A stretch of 56,656 nt of DNA, taken from NCBI GenBank assembly GCA_963754945.1, contig CAVWIG010000038.1, forward strand, positions 1 to 56,656, in the 5' to 3' direction. Positions 20,866 to 31,670 of this stretch are shown one piece after another. The first letter of the stretch is position 1; the number at the start of each line of letters is the position of its first letter. The position numbers and the translations under genes were made by a program. The notes beneath the pieces were generated by a model that saw only the letters and a program-made list of their open reading frames with translations, ran no database searches and was not told the DNA's origin. This stretch comes from Methanotrichaceae archaeon (GTDB taxonomy: Archaea > Halobacteriota > Methanosarcinia > Methanotrichales > Methanotrichaceae).

Positions 20866-21030
20866 TTATTCAAGGTTCTTCAGGTGGTTCAAGAACTCTT
20901 CCTTAGTCTTGAAAGTCCTGACTAATCCAGCATCGGCCTGTTTGATGCTCCTTCGAACGCCCTCCTCAAATTCCTGCAGGGCTGCTTCGTTAGCATCCTG
21001 GATGACGGATTTCTTTGTGGCTCCAGCCAT
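20866..21030 (-). CDS. Putative antitoxin (54 aa, absent from the ORF track)
   Basis: MAGATKKSVIQDANEAALQEFEEGVRRSIKQADAGLVRTFKTKEEFLNHLKNLE; ends 5 bp before the toxin ATG; RelB-like C-terminus. Confidence 0.75.
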   Translation of the reverse strand: MAGATKKSVIQDANEAALQEFEEGVRRSIKQADAGLVRTFKTKEEFLNHLKNLE

Positions 21031-21176
21031 GATAGGTACTCTCCGCTGTTAAGCTATAAGGATTCCGAAAAGGCAGTGAACCTTCCCACAACGTTCCATC
21101 CGCCTCAGGGCAGCCTCATCCTTTTCGGGAAAGGACTTACGACAACACCAAGCCCGTGCATAGGCACCACGTGTTA

Positions 21177-21397
21177 TCAGCCCCCCGACCGCCTCCCTCA
21201 TCTGCTATGAAAGATGATACATGGCCGGAGACGAATTTAAGATGCCTAGCGATAAAATGAAAGATGGAAATGATAGCGATAATAAGTGCCGTGATCCTGG
21301 ATCGGCAGTAGGTTACAAGCTGATGATCTATATGATCGTGGCAGTGATCCTGGTTGCAATAGGACTCACGATCGTGTTGAGCTGGATCTCGAAATAG
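21177..21397 (+). repeat. Dispersed direct repeat, copy 3 (longest; contains an intact small ORF)
   Basis: TCAGCCCCCCGACCGCCTCCCTCATCTGCTATGAAAGATGATAC.. matches copies 1 and 2. Confidence 0.9.
21221..21397 (+). CDS. Putative 58-aa single-pass membrane protein
   Basis: MAGDEFKMPSDKMKDGNDSDNKCRDPGSAVGYKLMIYMIVAVILVAIGLTIVLSWISK*. Confidence 0.55.
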   Translation: MAGDEFKMPSDKMKDGNDSDNKCRDPGSAVGYKLMIYMIVAVILVAIGLTIVLSWISK

Positions 21398-21639
21398 ATC
21401 CGTAAATATTATTGGGACTTCTTCATGGAGATTCGATAAGAAGCGGGAACAATACTGCCATCGGGGCTCCTGCGAGACTTCGATTGTATGGCCGTCCAGG
21501 ACAGGTATATCTAGGCCTCTCTGCAATAGTATGTAACCAATCCTCTACAACGTCAATTCGTAACCTTCATCTGTAATAAAGAAGTCTTCTATTGGAGAGT
21601 AAGATCCATAAAAACGGCCAGACGATTGCGGAAAAAAAT

Positions 21640-22135
21640 CTACATTTTGAAGCGTTTATAACCGCTTCCATGTGGACTTCTTATTATGAATCCTAGAGTA
21701 TTCAATCTGATCAATGAATCTGGGACTCTCCAATCTCCCCGGAGTTTTGGATCGAACTCTGGGTGGGATTCGATGTTTTGTGGATTGATCCACTCCAATC
21801 CCTGATCGTCCCGGAGCTTTCGCATGATCCTAAGAATATTGCGGTCAAACTTTTCCATCCATTTATCCATGTATGAAGTTTGTACCAGGGGCACGGCGTA
21901 AGATTGTCTGTTTGTGTTCGGAATGTCTTTCTCAGTATCCAAGAAGGTAGTCATTAGGGCTTCAAATGCTTGATTTGAGCGATCGAATGTGTCTTCGTCG
22001 AGTCTTGGGGTGAGATGCAGCCTGCAATAAGCGTTAGCTAGTTTAGCGGATGACATCCTGTCTATATTCAGTTCTGCAAAATCCTCGTCCCATTTCGCTC
22101 TTTTGATGACCTTCTGGTAAGAATCTTCTATTTTC
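21640..22135 (-). pseudogene. 3' part of an IS66-disrupted gene (MCM-like lid plus wHTH-like C-terminus)
   Basis: Joins in frame to 24758-25610 after removing the IS and one TSD copy: DNLISKI|EDSYQKVIKRAKWDEDFAELNIDRMSSAKLANAYCRLHL. Confidence 0.8.
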
Positions 22136-23189
22136 GTACTTGCTCAATATTACGTTGAATTCCCCAATCGAGTGAGTGCATGGACCAAAAATTATTAATA
22201 CATATATCTAAAATATTTTGTTTGTGCCAGATATCATACACGAGGCCATAATCAACCTCGATGTAGACAAGATCAACTTCGACGATAAAGAAGCGATGAA
22301 AGAATTGATCCTCCAGCTTCTAAGCACAATAGAGCAATTAGCCCAGTCAAATCAAGAACTCCGCAAAGACAATCAACAGCTAAAGGATGAAATAAACCGG
22401 CTGAAAGGTGAGAAAGGCCGTCCTAAAATACTGCCGGACAATCCTGAATACCAGGCTAATGTGCCGAAGGAAAAACCCAAAAAATGGCATAAAGATAGCA
22501 AGAAACCAAAGATAAAAATCGACAGGACAGAATACATTAAAATTGATAAATCGATTCTTCCACATGATGCCAAGCATAACGGCTATAGACGGGTCATAAA
22601 GCAGAACATAAAATTTGAAACCGACAACGTGGAATATTGGTTGGAACGCTACTATTCGCCGTCCCTGAAAAAGACCTATGAAGCAGAACTTGCCGAGTCC
22701 CTTAAGAACACGGAATTTGGAAGTCATCTGAAAGCATTCATCGCTTACCTCTACTATGCGGGAAGGGTTACTGAGAATAGGATCCACAAGATCCTAGAAG
22801 AGATCGGCATAATAATCTCGGAAGGCGAGATCTCAAACATACTGACCAAGGAAAAGAGCAATGCATATGCGATAGAGAAGCAGGCCTTATTTGAAACTGG
22901 TGTGAATCGGGCTGATTATCTTAACATTGATGAGACAGGCGCGAGGCATAAAGGCAATAACCATTATTTGCACGTTGTCTGCAACAAGTTCTTTAGTGCT
23001 TTCTTTATCAGGCAAACCAAAGGAAGTGATACAATCAGACATTTCTTTGGGCTAAATGATGAGGAGCAGATAGATTTACCCATTATCTCGGATGATGCCG
23101 GGCAGTACATAGATGTATCGTCACACCATGCTCTGTGCTGGATACATGAAATACGACACTACAAAAAGATGAATCCTTTTCTAATTCAT

Positions 23190-24278
23190 TAGGACTTACG
23201 CACTTGGCAGAATCTTCTTATATTGCATGGACTATATTAAGACCTACAAATAAATGGAATAGGGCTGAACTTGAATCCTTCCAAGTGCGATGATCTTGAT
23301 TATATTCACTTTCTGATAGCATCAGTAGATGTTTTTACCTGTACCGAAGCCGCAAGGTGTCAGCCAGTCGGAGAAAATAGTTCATCGCATGATGCATTTA
23401 CCCGTCTTCTACAAAGACAGCCTCCAGATACGGATACGTTGTGGAATGAAGTAAAGAATATTGTTCAGCCTCAAAATGGTTTCTTGGTAATTGACGATAC
23501 GACGTTGGACAAGCCGTATGCCAAAAATATGAGCCTAGTTTATCATCAATGGAGTGGAAAACAGCATCGACTGGTGAATGGAATCAATATTTGTACGTTG
23601 CTGTGGACAGATGGAAACGCCATAATTCCCGTTGATTTCCGAATCTACGATATAGATGTTGACGGCAAGACAAAAAATGATCATTTTCGGGATATGCTTG
23701 CCAAAGCAAAAGAACGAAGTTTTCAGCCCCGTATTGTTCTCTTCGATAGCTGGTACGCCAGTGTAGATAATCTCAAAACCATACGGAAGTCTGGATGGCA
23801 CTGGCTGACCCGATTGAAGAAAAATAGGCTGGTGAATCCAGATAACACAAAAAACATGCAAATCCAGGAGATAGAGATACCGCTGCAAGGCAGGGATGTG
23901 CATTTAAAAGCTTATGGTTTTATAAAAGTATTCAAGATAGTCTCTAATGACGGCGACATAGGATACTGGGCAACTGACGTGCTGGAGATGGACGAAGCTA
24001 AACGCGAAAAAATTGGTGGATATTCCTGGAAGATTGAGGAATATCACAGGGGAATAAAGCAATTCTGTGGAGTCGAAAGCTGTCAAGCAAGAAAAAGTCA
24101 GTCCCAGAGAGCACACATAATGTTCTCCCTGAGAGCGTTTCTCAGATTAGAAGTAGAAAGGCTTAGAATGGGAATGAGTTGGTTCGAATCTAAGCGAAGA
24201 ATTATTCGTGAGGCAATTCGCGAGTATATAAAATATCCTATTTATTCATTGTCGAATGCTTCAACTGCGTAAGTCCTA
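23190..24278 (+). mobile_element. IS701-family element
   Basis: Inverted repeats TAGGACTTACGCA / TGCGTAAGTCCTA; 5-bp TSD TTCAT at 23185-23189 and 24279-24283. Confidence 0.92.
23271..24272 (+). CDS. IS701-family transposase
   Basis: SHDAFTRLL, LVIDDTTLDKPY, KTKNDHFRDML, LFDSWY, WKIEEYHRGIKQFCG. Confidence 0.92.
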   Translation: MNPSKCDDLDYIHFLIASVDVFTCTEAARCQPVGENSSSHDAFTRLLQRQPPDTDTLWNEVKNIVQPQNGFLVIDDTTLDKPYAKNMSLVYHQWSGKQHRLVNGINICTLLWTDGNAIIPVDFRIYDIDVDGKTKNDHFRDMLAKAKERSFQPRIVLFDSWYASVDNLKTIRKSGWHWLTRLKKNRLVNPDNTKNMQIQEIEIPLQGRDVHLKAYGFIKVFKIVSNDGDIGYWATDVLEMDEAKREKIGGYSWKIEEYHRGIKQFCGVESCQARKSQSQRAHIMFSLRAFLRLEVERLRMGMSWFESKRRIIREAIREYIKYPIYSLSNASTA

Positions 24279-24757
24279 TTCATCATAAGTCGGTTCTTAA
24301 TATGTTTTTAACTGAGCTTTGGAAGTTCTATGAATTGCTTACACAATATAAGGAGAATCCTAATAAAATTATGAGTAAGTATGTCCAGGAGAGGTTTGAT
24401 TCGATATTCTCGACAGTAACTGGTTACGGGACGTTGGATGATCGCATTACAAAGACTAAGAAAAAGAAACAAGAGTTGTTGCTGGTGTTGGATTTTCCAA
24501 ATGTTCCGCTTCATAACAATCTCGCAGAGATAGCTGTGCGAGAAGGTGTGATCAAGAGAAAAATCAGTTATGGAACAAGAAGTGAACTCGGCAAGCTTGC
24601 ATGGGAAAACATGCTCTCTATAATCGATACTTGCAGGAAGCTCGGAATAAGCTTTTACAAATATCTTTATGATATATTCTCAGATAGTTATTCTATGCCA
24701 AAGTTATCCGATCTCATTCTCAGTGCTAGTAAAATCAACTGATTATTGAGCAAGTAC

Positions 24758-25610
24758 CTATTTTCGATATCAAGTTGTCTTGGGTGGGTGGGTTGATCAT
24801 TAATGCCGTGAGAAGATACTCAAGAATGTCCTGGTCTGCTTCCTGCAGTGCGCCTGTGTATACCGCATCCTTAATCAGAGTTGGTATCTGAATCTTGTTT
24901 GCTGTGGACTCTGGCGGCAGGTTGAGCAGGAGATTGTATGAAACTTCTGGAATATTGCTGCAGATACGGTATTTTTCAATTTTGTGGTTAGTAGTGGGTG
25001 AATCGATGAAATCGTACATGTACCGATTTGTTCCGTTTCTGAACTCGACAGGAAGTAGGTGCATGATAGTGTTTTTTAGGTCAACCAAGGGTCTTCTCGC
25101 TGTGCCTATATCCGCTAGTGACATTGACCCGATCCCTCCACGACCATAAATTCCTTCCGGGCAGGACAAAATCTGTAAAGCTAACGAGAGGTCGAGCTGA
25201 TCTGCATCAGCATTTTTCCAATAATCACCAATTCGGGCTAGAAATGCGGGTGCGTCCAAGTAGGGTCGTTGCATCAACGCAATTTCGGTTGGATTAAGTT
25301 TTGAGACGGCTGCAACCTGGTATACGTCTTGACAACTAAAATAGAGAGAATTCTTTAAAGGCTTGCCGAATTTTTGTTCATGCCCATCGATTTCTAATGT
25401 CACCAATTCGTTTTCTAATGGTCGCAGCTCTAGGGGAATGACATATTTGACCTTTGACGGCTGCAACTTCCGAAACGGAGATTTTCGCAACTCCAGTTCG
25501 CCTGCATTGTTATAATGAACCCAGCCGGTATGGTCTAGACTAAATAGAGTCCTCTCAATAGCTGTAAATCCGGCGTAAAAGGAGTTTAAGGATTTACTTT
25601 TGCCAACCAT
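24758..25610 (-). pseudogene. 5' part of an IS66-disrupted gene (divergent MCM-like protein)
   Basis: Likely start MVGKSKS at 25610 inside ORF 24735-25898; the frame is cut exactly at the IS66 TSD. Confidence 0.75.
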
Positions 25611-25917
25611 GTTGACGTATATACCGCAGAGGATAAAAAGTTTAGCCTGGAAAGAATAAAAACGATCACAGTGGTCGGCACTGAGGGCGAGTGACGGTAT
25701 TATGGTTTGGAGAGTTCTTGATGATCTATAGGCTCGGTAGATGCAATCGTGTAACTTAACCATGTGATAGAACCAATCGGTTACATAAGAAACATTGCAG
25801 ACCCTCAAAAAGGTAATCGGAGCAATCAAGTTCATCGGCGAATTGTGGATTTCAAAAAGACAGTGTTTATTTGTGCAATAATCTCTTACAATGAGCATTT
25901 TTTTACAGGTAAATATA

Positions 25918-25990
<73 letters not shown>

Positions 25991-25995
25991 AAAAG

Positions 25996-26069
25996 TGGGC
26001 TCGACGCGATTCGAACGCGTGATCTCCGCCATGTCAAGGCGACGTCATAACCACCTAGACCACGAGCCC
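25996..26069 (-). tRNA. tRNA-Val(GAC)
   Basis: GGGCTCGTGGTCTAGGTGGTTATGACGTCGCCTTGACATGGCGGAGATCACGCGTTCGAATCGCGTCGAGCCCA folds as a cloverleaf. Confidence 0.97.
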
Positions 26070-26123
26070 GCGACCACGTTCTTTGTTCGCTTCTTTGAGA
26101 TAAACCCTTCGGTCTGATCGGAG

Positions 26124-26146
26124 CTGGAGGAAGAACTCTCCTCCAG
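26124..26146. terminator. Hairpin between the carB 3' end and the tRNA promoter
   Basis: CTGGAGGA-N7-TCCTCCAG. Confidence 0.35.
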
Positions 26147-26197
26147 AGGTCAGAACTGTTGGGTTCATGTTCGATCTCCGCTTACCTTATTTCGACC

Positions 26198-29100
26198 TCA
26201 GCGGGGTCTGGCGCAGCCGGAAACCTCTTTGTGGTACTCGTCCAGGGCCTTGATGGTTATCCTGTCCTTCTCGGCCATGACGATGGCATCGGCCGAAGCC
26301 TGGGCCGCCTGGACAGTCGTGATGTACGGCACGTGGTAGTCCACAGCGCCGCGCCTGATCTGGGCACCGTCCTTGATGGACTGCTTTGTGGTGGGCGTGT
26401 TTATTATCAGTTTGACCTCGCCCCGTTTCATGTAGTCCAGGACGTTGGGGCTGCCGTTGAAGATCTTGTTCACCCGCTCGACTGCGATCCCCGACTTCTT
26501 CAGGTACTCGGCTGTTCCGTCGGTGGCGATTATCTTCAGGCCCGCGTCTGTAAGCTTCTTGGCGGCCACCGCTACAGCGGCCTTGTCCTCATCCCTCACG
26601 GATATGAAGACAATGCCCTCCAAGGGCAGGCTGTTGTCTGCTGACAGCTCCGCCTTGAAGAAGGCCAGGCCCAGGTTGTAGTCTATGCCCATGACCTCGC
26701 CTGTGGACCTCATCTCTGGCCCGAGAAGGACGTCGGCTCCCGGAAGCCTGTCGAAGGGCAGCAGCACCTCTTTGACTGAGACGTAAGGCACCTTTGGCTC
26801 CTCTGTGCGCCCCTGCTCGGCTAACGAGTGGCCTATCATTACCGCCGCCGCTATCTTGGCCAGCGGCAGGCCTACAGACTTGGATACGAAGGGAATCGTC
26901 CTGCTGGACCTCGGGTTAGCCTCCAGGACGTAGACAGTCCCGTCCTTGTACGCAAGCTGCATGTTCATTATACCTATGACTCCGAGGTTCAGGGCGATCT
27001 TGCGCACATAATCCCTGACCACCTCCAGGACGTACCCGGGCAGGGTCTGGGGCGGGATCATGCAGGCGCTGTCGCCCGAGTGGATTCCTGCCTCCTCGAT
27101 GTGCTCCATGATGGCCCCAATCAGCACATCCTTGCCGTCGCACACGGCGTCCACATCTATCTCGACTGCATTCTGGAGGAAATCGTCTATGAGGATGGGG
27201 TGCTCGTGAGAGACCCGCAACGGCCTCCCGCATGTAGACCTCAAGCCCGGCCTCGTCGTAGACGATTTCCATGGCACGGCCCCCAAGGACGTAACTCGGC
27301 CTGACGATCACAGGATAGCCGATCCTCTTGGCAACGGCCTTTGCCTCCTCTGTTGAGTAGGCAATGCCAGCCTCAGGCTGGGGGATGTTCAGCTTCTTCA
27401 TGAGCAGGTTGAACCTCTCCCTGTCCTCGGCCAGGTCTATGCTGTCTGGCGAGGTTCCCAGGATCTTTGTGGCTAGGCCCCGCCGGGCCAGCTCCTTCTC
27501 CAGCGGAATGGCGAGGTTGATGGCAGTCTGGCCTCCGAACTGCACCATGACGCCGTAGGGCCTCTCCTTCTCGATGATGTTCATTACGTCCTCGAGGGTT
27601 ACAGGCTCGAAGAAGAGCTTGTCCGAGGTATCGTAGTCTGTCGAGACCGTCTCGGGGTTGTTGTTGACGATATGGGTCTCGATGCCGCGCTCCCGGAGTG
27701 CCATGACGGCGTGAACTGTGCAGTAGTCGAACTCAATCCCCTGGCCGATTCTTATAGGCCCGGACCCCAGGATCAGAACCTTCTTGTTCTTTGTGGGGAC
27801 CAGCTCGCACTCTGTGTCGTAGGAAGAGTAGTAGTAAGGAGTGCTGGCAGCGAACTCCGCTGCACAGGTGTCCACCATCTTGTAGGTAGGAATGATTCCC
27901 TGTGCGATCCTGTAGTCGGTTATCTCCTCTCTGGCCTTTCCGGTGATTCCCGCGACGTACTCATCGGTGAACCCAAAGCGCTTGGCCCTTCGAAGGGTGT
28001 CTGGGTTTAGCTCATTCTTGACTTCGTCCTCAACGGCTATGATGTTCTGGATCCTGTAGAGGAAGTAGGGCTCGATCTTTGTGAGGCCCACGATCTCCTC
28101 GACGGACATCCCGCGCCTCAGGGCCTGGTAGATGGCAAATAGCCTCTCGTCCGTTGGATTCTTGAGGATATCCTTGACCTCGTCATCTGTCCAGATGGTG
28201 TACTTTCCGGCGTACCCGAACTCCTTGTCTATGTCCAGAGACCGGATGGCCTTCATCAGGGCCTCCTCGTAGCTCCTTCCAATGGCCATGACCTCGCCGG
28301 TTGACTTCATGGCTGTTGTCAGGACTTTGTTCGCCTTGACGAACTTGTCGAATGGCCAACGGGGGATTTTTATGACAACGTAGTCCACTGTGGGCTCGAA
28401 AGAGGCAGGGGTCTCCTTGGTTACATCGTTCCTGATCTCGTCCAGGGTCATGCCTATTGCGATCTTGGCGGTGACGCGGGCTATCGGGTAGCCTGTGGCT
28501 TTTGAGGCGAGGGCAGAGGATCTTGAGACCCTTGGGTTGACCTCTATCACCCTGTAATCGTCGTTCTTGACTGCAAACTGGATGTTGCAGCCGCCCTCAA
28601 TTCGCAAGGCGCGGATTATGTTTATGGCGGCGCTCCGGAGCCTCTGGATCTGCCGGTCGGAGAGGGTCTGGATGGGGGTCACGACGATGGACTCGCCTGT
28701 GTGGATGCCCATCGGGTCCATGTTCTCCATGTTGCAGATGGTGATGCAGGTGTCTTTTGAATCCCTCATCACCTCGTACTCCAGCTCAGTCCACCCCTCG
28801 ACGCTCTCCTCCAGCAGGACCTGGTGGATGCGCGAGCGTTTCAGCCCAAGCTCGCAGATCTTCGCCAGCTCGTCGCGAGTGTGAGCTATCCCTCCGCCCG
28901 AGCCGCCCAGAGTATAGGCCGGCCTCACAACCAGTGGCAATCCCAGCTCATCAATGGCGGCGAAAGCCTCATCCATCGAGTTTACAGCGACGCTAGCAGG
29001 AACGGGCTCTCCCACTCGCTGCATTGCCTTCTTGAACAGGTCTCTGTCCTCGGCCTCCTGGATGGACAGAACAGAGGTGCCCAGGACTTCGACCTTGTAC

Positions 29101-29429
29101 TTCTCCAGGACTCCCATCTCTGCCAGCTCGCTCGTGAGGTTCAGGCCTGTCTGGCCGCCGATGCCGGCGATTATGCCGTCTGGCCTCTCCTTCTCTATGA
29201 TCTTGGCCAGAATCTCAGGCACCAGGGGCTCGATATAGATCTTCTCCGCCATGTCCGGATCTGTCATAATGGTAGCCGGGTTGGAGTTGACCAGGACCAC
29301 CTCTATCCCCTCCTCCCGGAGGGACTTGCATGCCTGGGACCCCGAGAAGTCGAACTCCGCTGCCTGGCCTATCTGGATTGGCCCCGATCCTATTAGCAGC
29401 ACCTTGTGGATGTCAGAACGTTTTGGCAT
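26198..29429 (-). CDS. carB: Carbamoyl-phosphate synthase large subunit, with one frameshift near 27219 (probable sequence error)
   Basis: [48 protein letters not shown], second [16 protein letters not shown]-terminal MGS domain; removing one base restores [17 protein letters not shown]. Confidence 0.95.
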
Positions 29430-30538
29430 TAGGATCGCCTCCCTACCGCCGGGACCCTGCGCTTCATAGTGCGCTGGACTGTGCTGAAGAAGGGATCTTC
29501 CGTGCACAGCGGTCCGGGATGGGCCTCGGGATGGTACTGGACTGCCAGGATGTCGAGCTTGTCGCTCTTGATCCCCTCAACTGTCTCGTCGTTGGCGTTT
29601 AGCTGAGTTATCTCAAGGTCAGTTCCCTGCACCGAGTCTGCGACCGCCGCAAAGTTGTGGTTCTGGGATGTGATGTAGACAATTCCCTTGGCCAGGTCCT
29701 TGACCGGCTGGTTTCCGCCGTGGTGGCCGAACTTGAGCTTAAAGGTCTGAGCGCCCATGGCGAGGGAGATTATCTGGTGCCCTAGGCAGATCCCGAAGAT
29801 CGGCATCTGGCCTGCGAAGTGCTTGACGGCGTCGATGGCCTCAAACGCCCTCTCTGGGTCTCCAGGTCCGTTGGACAGGAACAGAGCGTCAGGCTCGGCA
29901 GCCTCGATCTCCGACACGCTCGAGTGAGCAGGAAGGACGCTGACCTCAAAACCACGGGCTGACAGGCTGTGGAGGATGTGCCTCTTAATTCCCAGGTCCA
30001 GCATAGCGATTCTTGGTCCTTTGCCGTGAATTGTGTAGGGCCCCGGGCAGGTCACATCTCCCAGGAGGTCCTGTTCAGAGATCGAAGGCTGAGAGCGGGC
30101 CATCTCCACTACGTCTGTGTCGTAGACCTCGGACTTCTCGCCTACGGCCAATGCGGCTCGCATGCACCCCAGCTTTCTCACCTTGACGGTCAGCATCCTG
30201 GTGTCGAGATCGCATATTCCGGGCTTGCCCTCGTCTTCGAGGAACTTGGCAATAGTCCTTGAGGAACGGTAATGAGTAGGGCGGTCCCAGATCTCCCTTG
30301 CAACCATGGCCTTCGGCCACATGTGATCCGACTGAAAATCGTCTCCGGAGATGCCGTAGTTGCCCTCCAGAGGATATGTGAACATCAAAAACTGCCCGTG
30401 GTACGAAGGGTCCGTCAGCGCCTCCTCATAACCGGACATGATTGTGGTGAAAACAAGCTCCCCGGAGACCACGCCAGGGGCACCAAAACCGCGACCTATT
30501 AGACGCGTGCCGTCCTCTAACCCTAAGACCCCAATCAT
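29429..30538 (-). CDS. carA: Carbamoyl-phosphate synthase small subunit
   Basis: [43 protein letters not shown]; TAATG overlap with carB. Confidence 0.97.
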   Translation of the reverse strand: MIGVLGLEDGTRLIGRGFGAPGVVSGELVFTTIMSGYEEALTDPSYHGQFLMFTYPLEGNYGISGDDFQSDHMWPKAMVAREIWDRPTHYRSSRTIAKFLEDEGKPGICDLDTRMLTVKVRKLGCMRAALAVGEKSEVYDTDVVEMARSQPSISEQDLLGDVTCPGPYTIHGKGPRIAMLDLGIKRHILHSLSARGFEVSVLPAHSSVSEIEAAEPDALFLSNGPGDPERAFEAIDAVKHFAGQMPIFGICLGHQIISLAMGAQTFKLKFGHHGGNQPVKDLAKGIVYITSQNHNFAAVADSVQGTDLEITQLNANDETVEGIKSDKLDILAVQYHPEAHPGPLCTEDPFFSTVQRTMKRRVPAVGRRS

Positions 30539-30651
30539 AGTATCGCCGACACAAGAAGCTAAGTCACCTAAATACGTTTCGATGCTGTTTTTGCGGAATT
30601 AATCATGATCAGGATCACCATCTTTTTTAATCTTGAGCTTAACCGTAAAGC

Positions 30652-30987
30652 ATGGAAGTTTCAATGGAGATCACCAGGAGCCCTGATTTCAAGCAGGTCT
30701 ACGCCATAGGGGCCATAGGCGGACACAGCCCTTACGACTTCAGGATTGCCTTCTACAACGACTCACCAAAGGTCTTAGTCGATTCCGGCAAGCAGATGAC
30801 GGTTATGGAGAGGGAGATCAAGACAGAGATCATCCTATCTCCTTTGGCTGCAAAGGAGCTGGCTATCTGGTTGGACAGCCACGTAAAAGATTACGAGAAG
30901 CTCTTCGGCGAGATAAAGAAACCGGGAATGCCGGATTCGATCAAGCCAGAGGCGACCAAGTCCACCCAGATTCAGGGTTACATGTAA
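30652..30987 (+). CDS. Conserved hypothetical protein (DUF3467-like)
   Basis: FKQVYAIGAIGGHSPYDFRIAFY..EIILSPLAAKELAIWL..YEKLFGEI. Confidence 0.75.
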   Translation: MEVSMEITRSPDFKQVYAIGAIGGHSPYDFRIAFYNDSPKVLVDSGKQMTVMEREIKTEIILSPLAAKELAIWLDSHVKDYEKLFGEIKKPGMPDSIKPEATKSTQIQGYM

Positions 30988-30997
30988 GGAGTTTCCT

Positions 30998-31480
30998 ATG
31001 ATCGTCAAAGAGAAGGTGCTTATTCACAAGGGAATGGACAAGGTTCGCCAGGGTCTCTACGATGAGGCGATCGAGATCTACGACCGCGTCCTGGCAATGA
31101 ACCCTGAGAACACCCACGCCTGGAACAACCGAGGTGTGGCCTTGTTCAGTGCCGGCCGATCCGAGGAGGCCCTGGAGTGCTACGATCGGTCCATCGAGAT
31201 AGATCCCGAAAACCTGGATGCTCTCAGGAACAGAGGGTATGTGTTGAGGTCCATGGGCCGGATGGATGAGGCCCTGCAGACTTACGAACAGGTCATGGGG
31301 GCAGGAGGAGACGAAACGGACCTGGAGTCCATGGCAACGGTTCTTGTGGGAGTAGGAATGCTCGCGGAAGCCCTAACCTGTTTGAACCAGGCCATGAGCA
31401 TCAATCCAACGGATCGTATTGAGAAAGAGATCATAGCTCTCATGTCCACGATAGAACAAAGAGATAAAGAGGAAAAATAA
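30998..31480 (+). CDS. Tetratricopeptide repeat protein
   Basis: AWNNRGVALFSAGRSEEALECYDRSIEIDP and similar repeats. Confidence 0.92.
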   Translation: MIVKEKVLIHKGMDKVRQGLYDEAIEIYDRVLAMNPENTHAWNNRGVALFSAGRSEEALECYDRSIEIDPENLDALRNRGYVLRSMGRMDEALQTYEQVMGAGGDETDLESMATVLVGVGMLAEALTCLNQAMSINPTDRIEKEIIALMSTIEQRDKEEK

Positions 31481-31670
31481 CCGGAGATCAGATATTTGTA
31501 GGTCAAAGAAAGCAGGAGGCTATAAGTCGGCCTGCTTAAATGACCATAAGGTCAATATACCGGCTGATTCAAAGCCGTTCTGTTGATGAAAGCTCGGGGT
31601 TAACAGACAGAAAGGAAAGGATATATCAGACGAAAGATAATTAATAAAGCTATCACGGAGGTGGTCTCGG

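Larger units (their letters stand above)
22218..24742 (+). pseudogene. IS66-family transposase interrupted by an IS701-family element (fragments 22218-23189 and 24284-24742)
   Basis: Coiled-coil N-terminus, IDETG, ISDDAGQY, HALCWIHEIRHY, PLHNNLAEIAVREGVIKRKISYGTRS; fragments rejoin in frame (NPFLIH|HKSVLNMFL) to 476 aa. Confidence 0.9.
22136..24757 (+). mobile_element. IS66-family element (single-ORF, ISBst12-like) carrying a nested IS
   Basis: Terminal inverted repeats GTACTTGCTCAATA at both ends; 8-bp TSD CTATTTTC at 22128-22135 and 24758-24765. Confidence 0.92.

Noticed and set aside
19611-21397. CRISPR array, classical integron attC sites or DGR template/variable repeats
   Set aside because: The repeats are over 100 bp with gene-sized gaps; no RYYYAAC/GTTRRRY ends or attC-like palindrome; mismatches are not adenine-specific; no cas, intI or reverse transcriptase gene in the window
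24735-25898. 387-aa ORF as a complete protein
   Set aside because: Its last residues come from the IS66 end, and its first 96 codons look like non-coding read-through upstream of the likely start at 25610
26916-27286. Programmed frameshift or naturally split carB
   Set aside because: No slippery sequence at the site, the break is mid-domain, and the downstream frame has no credible start of its own
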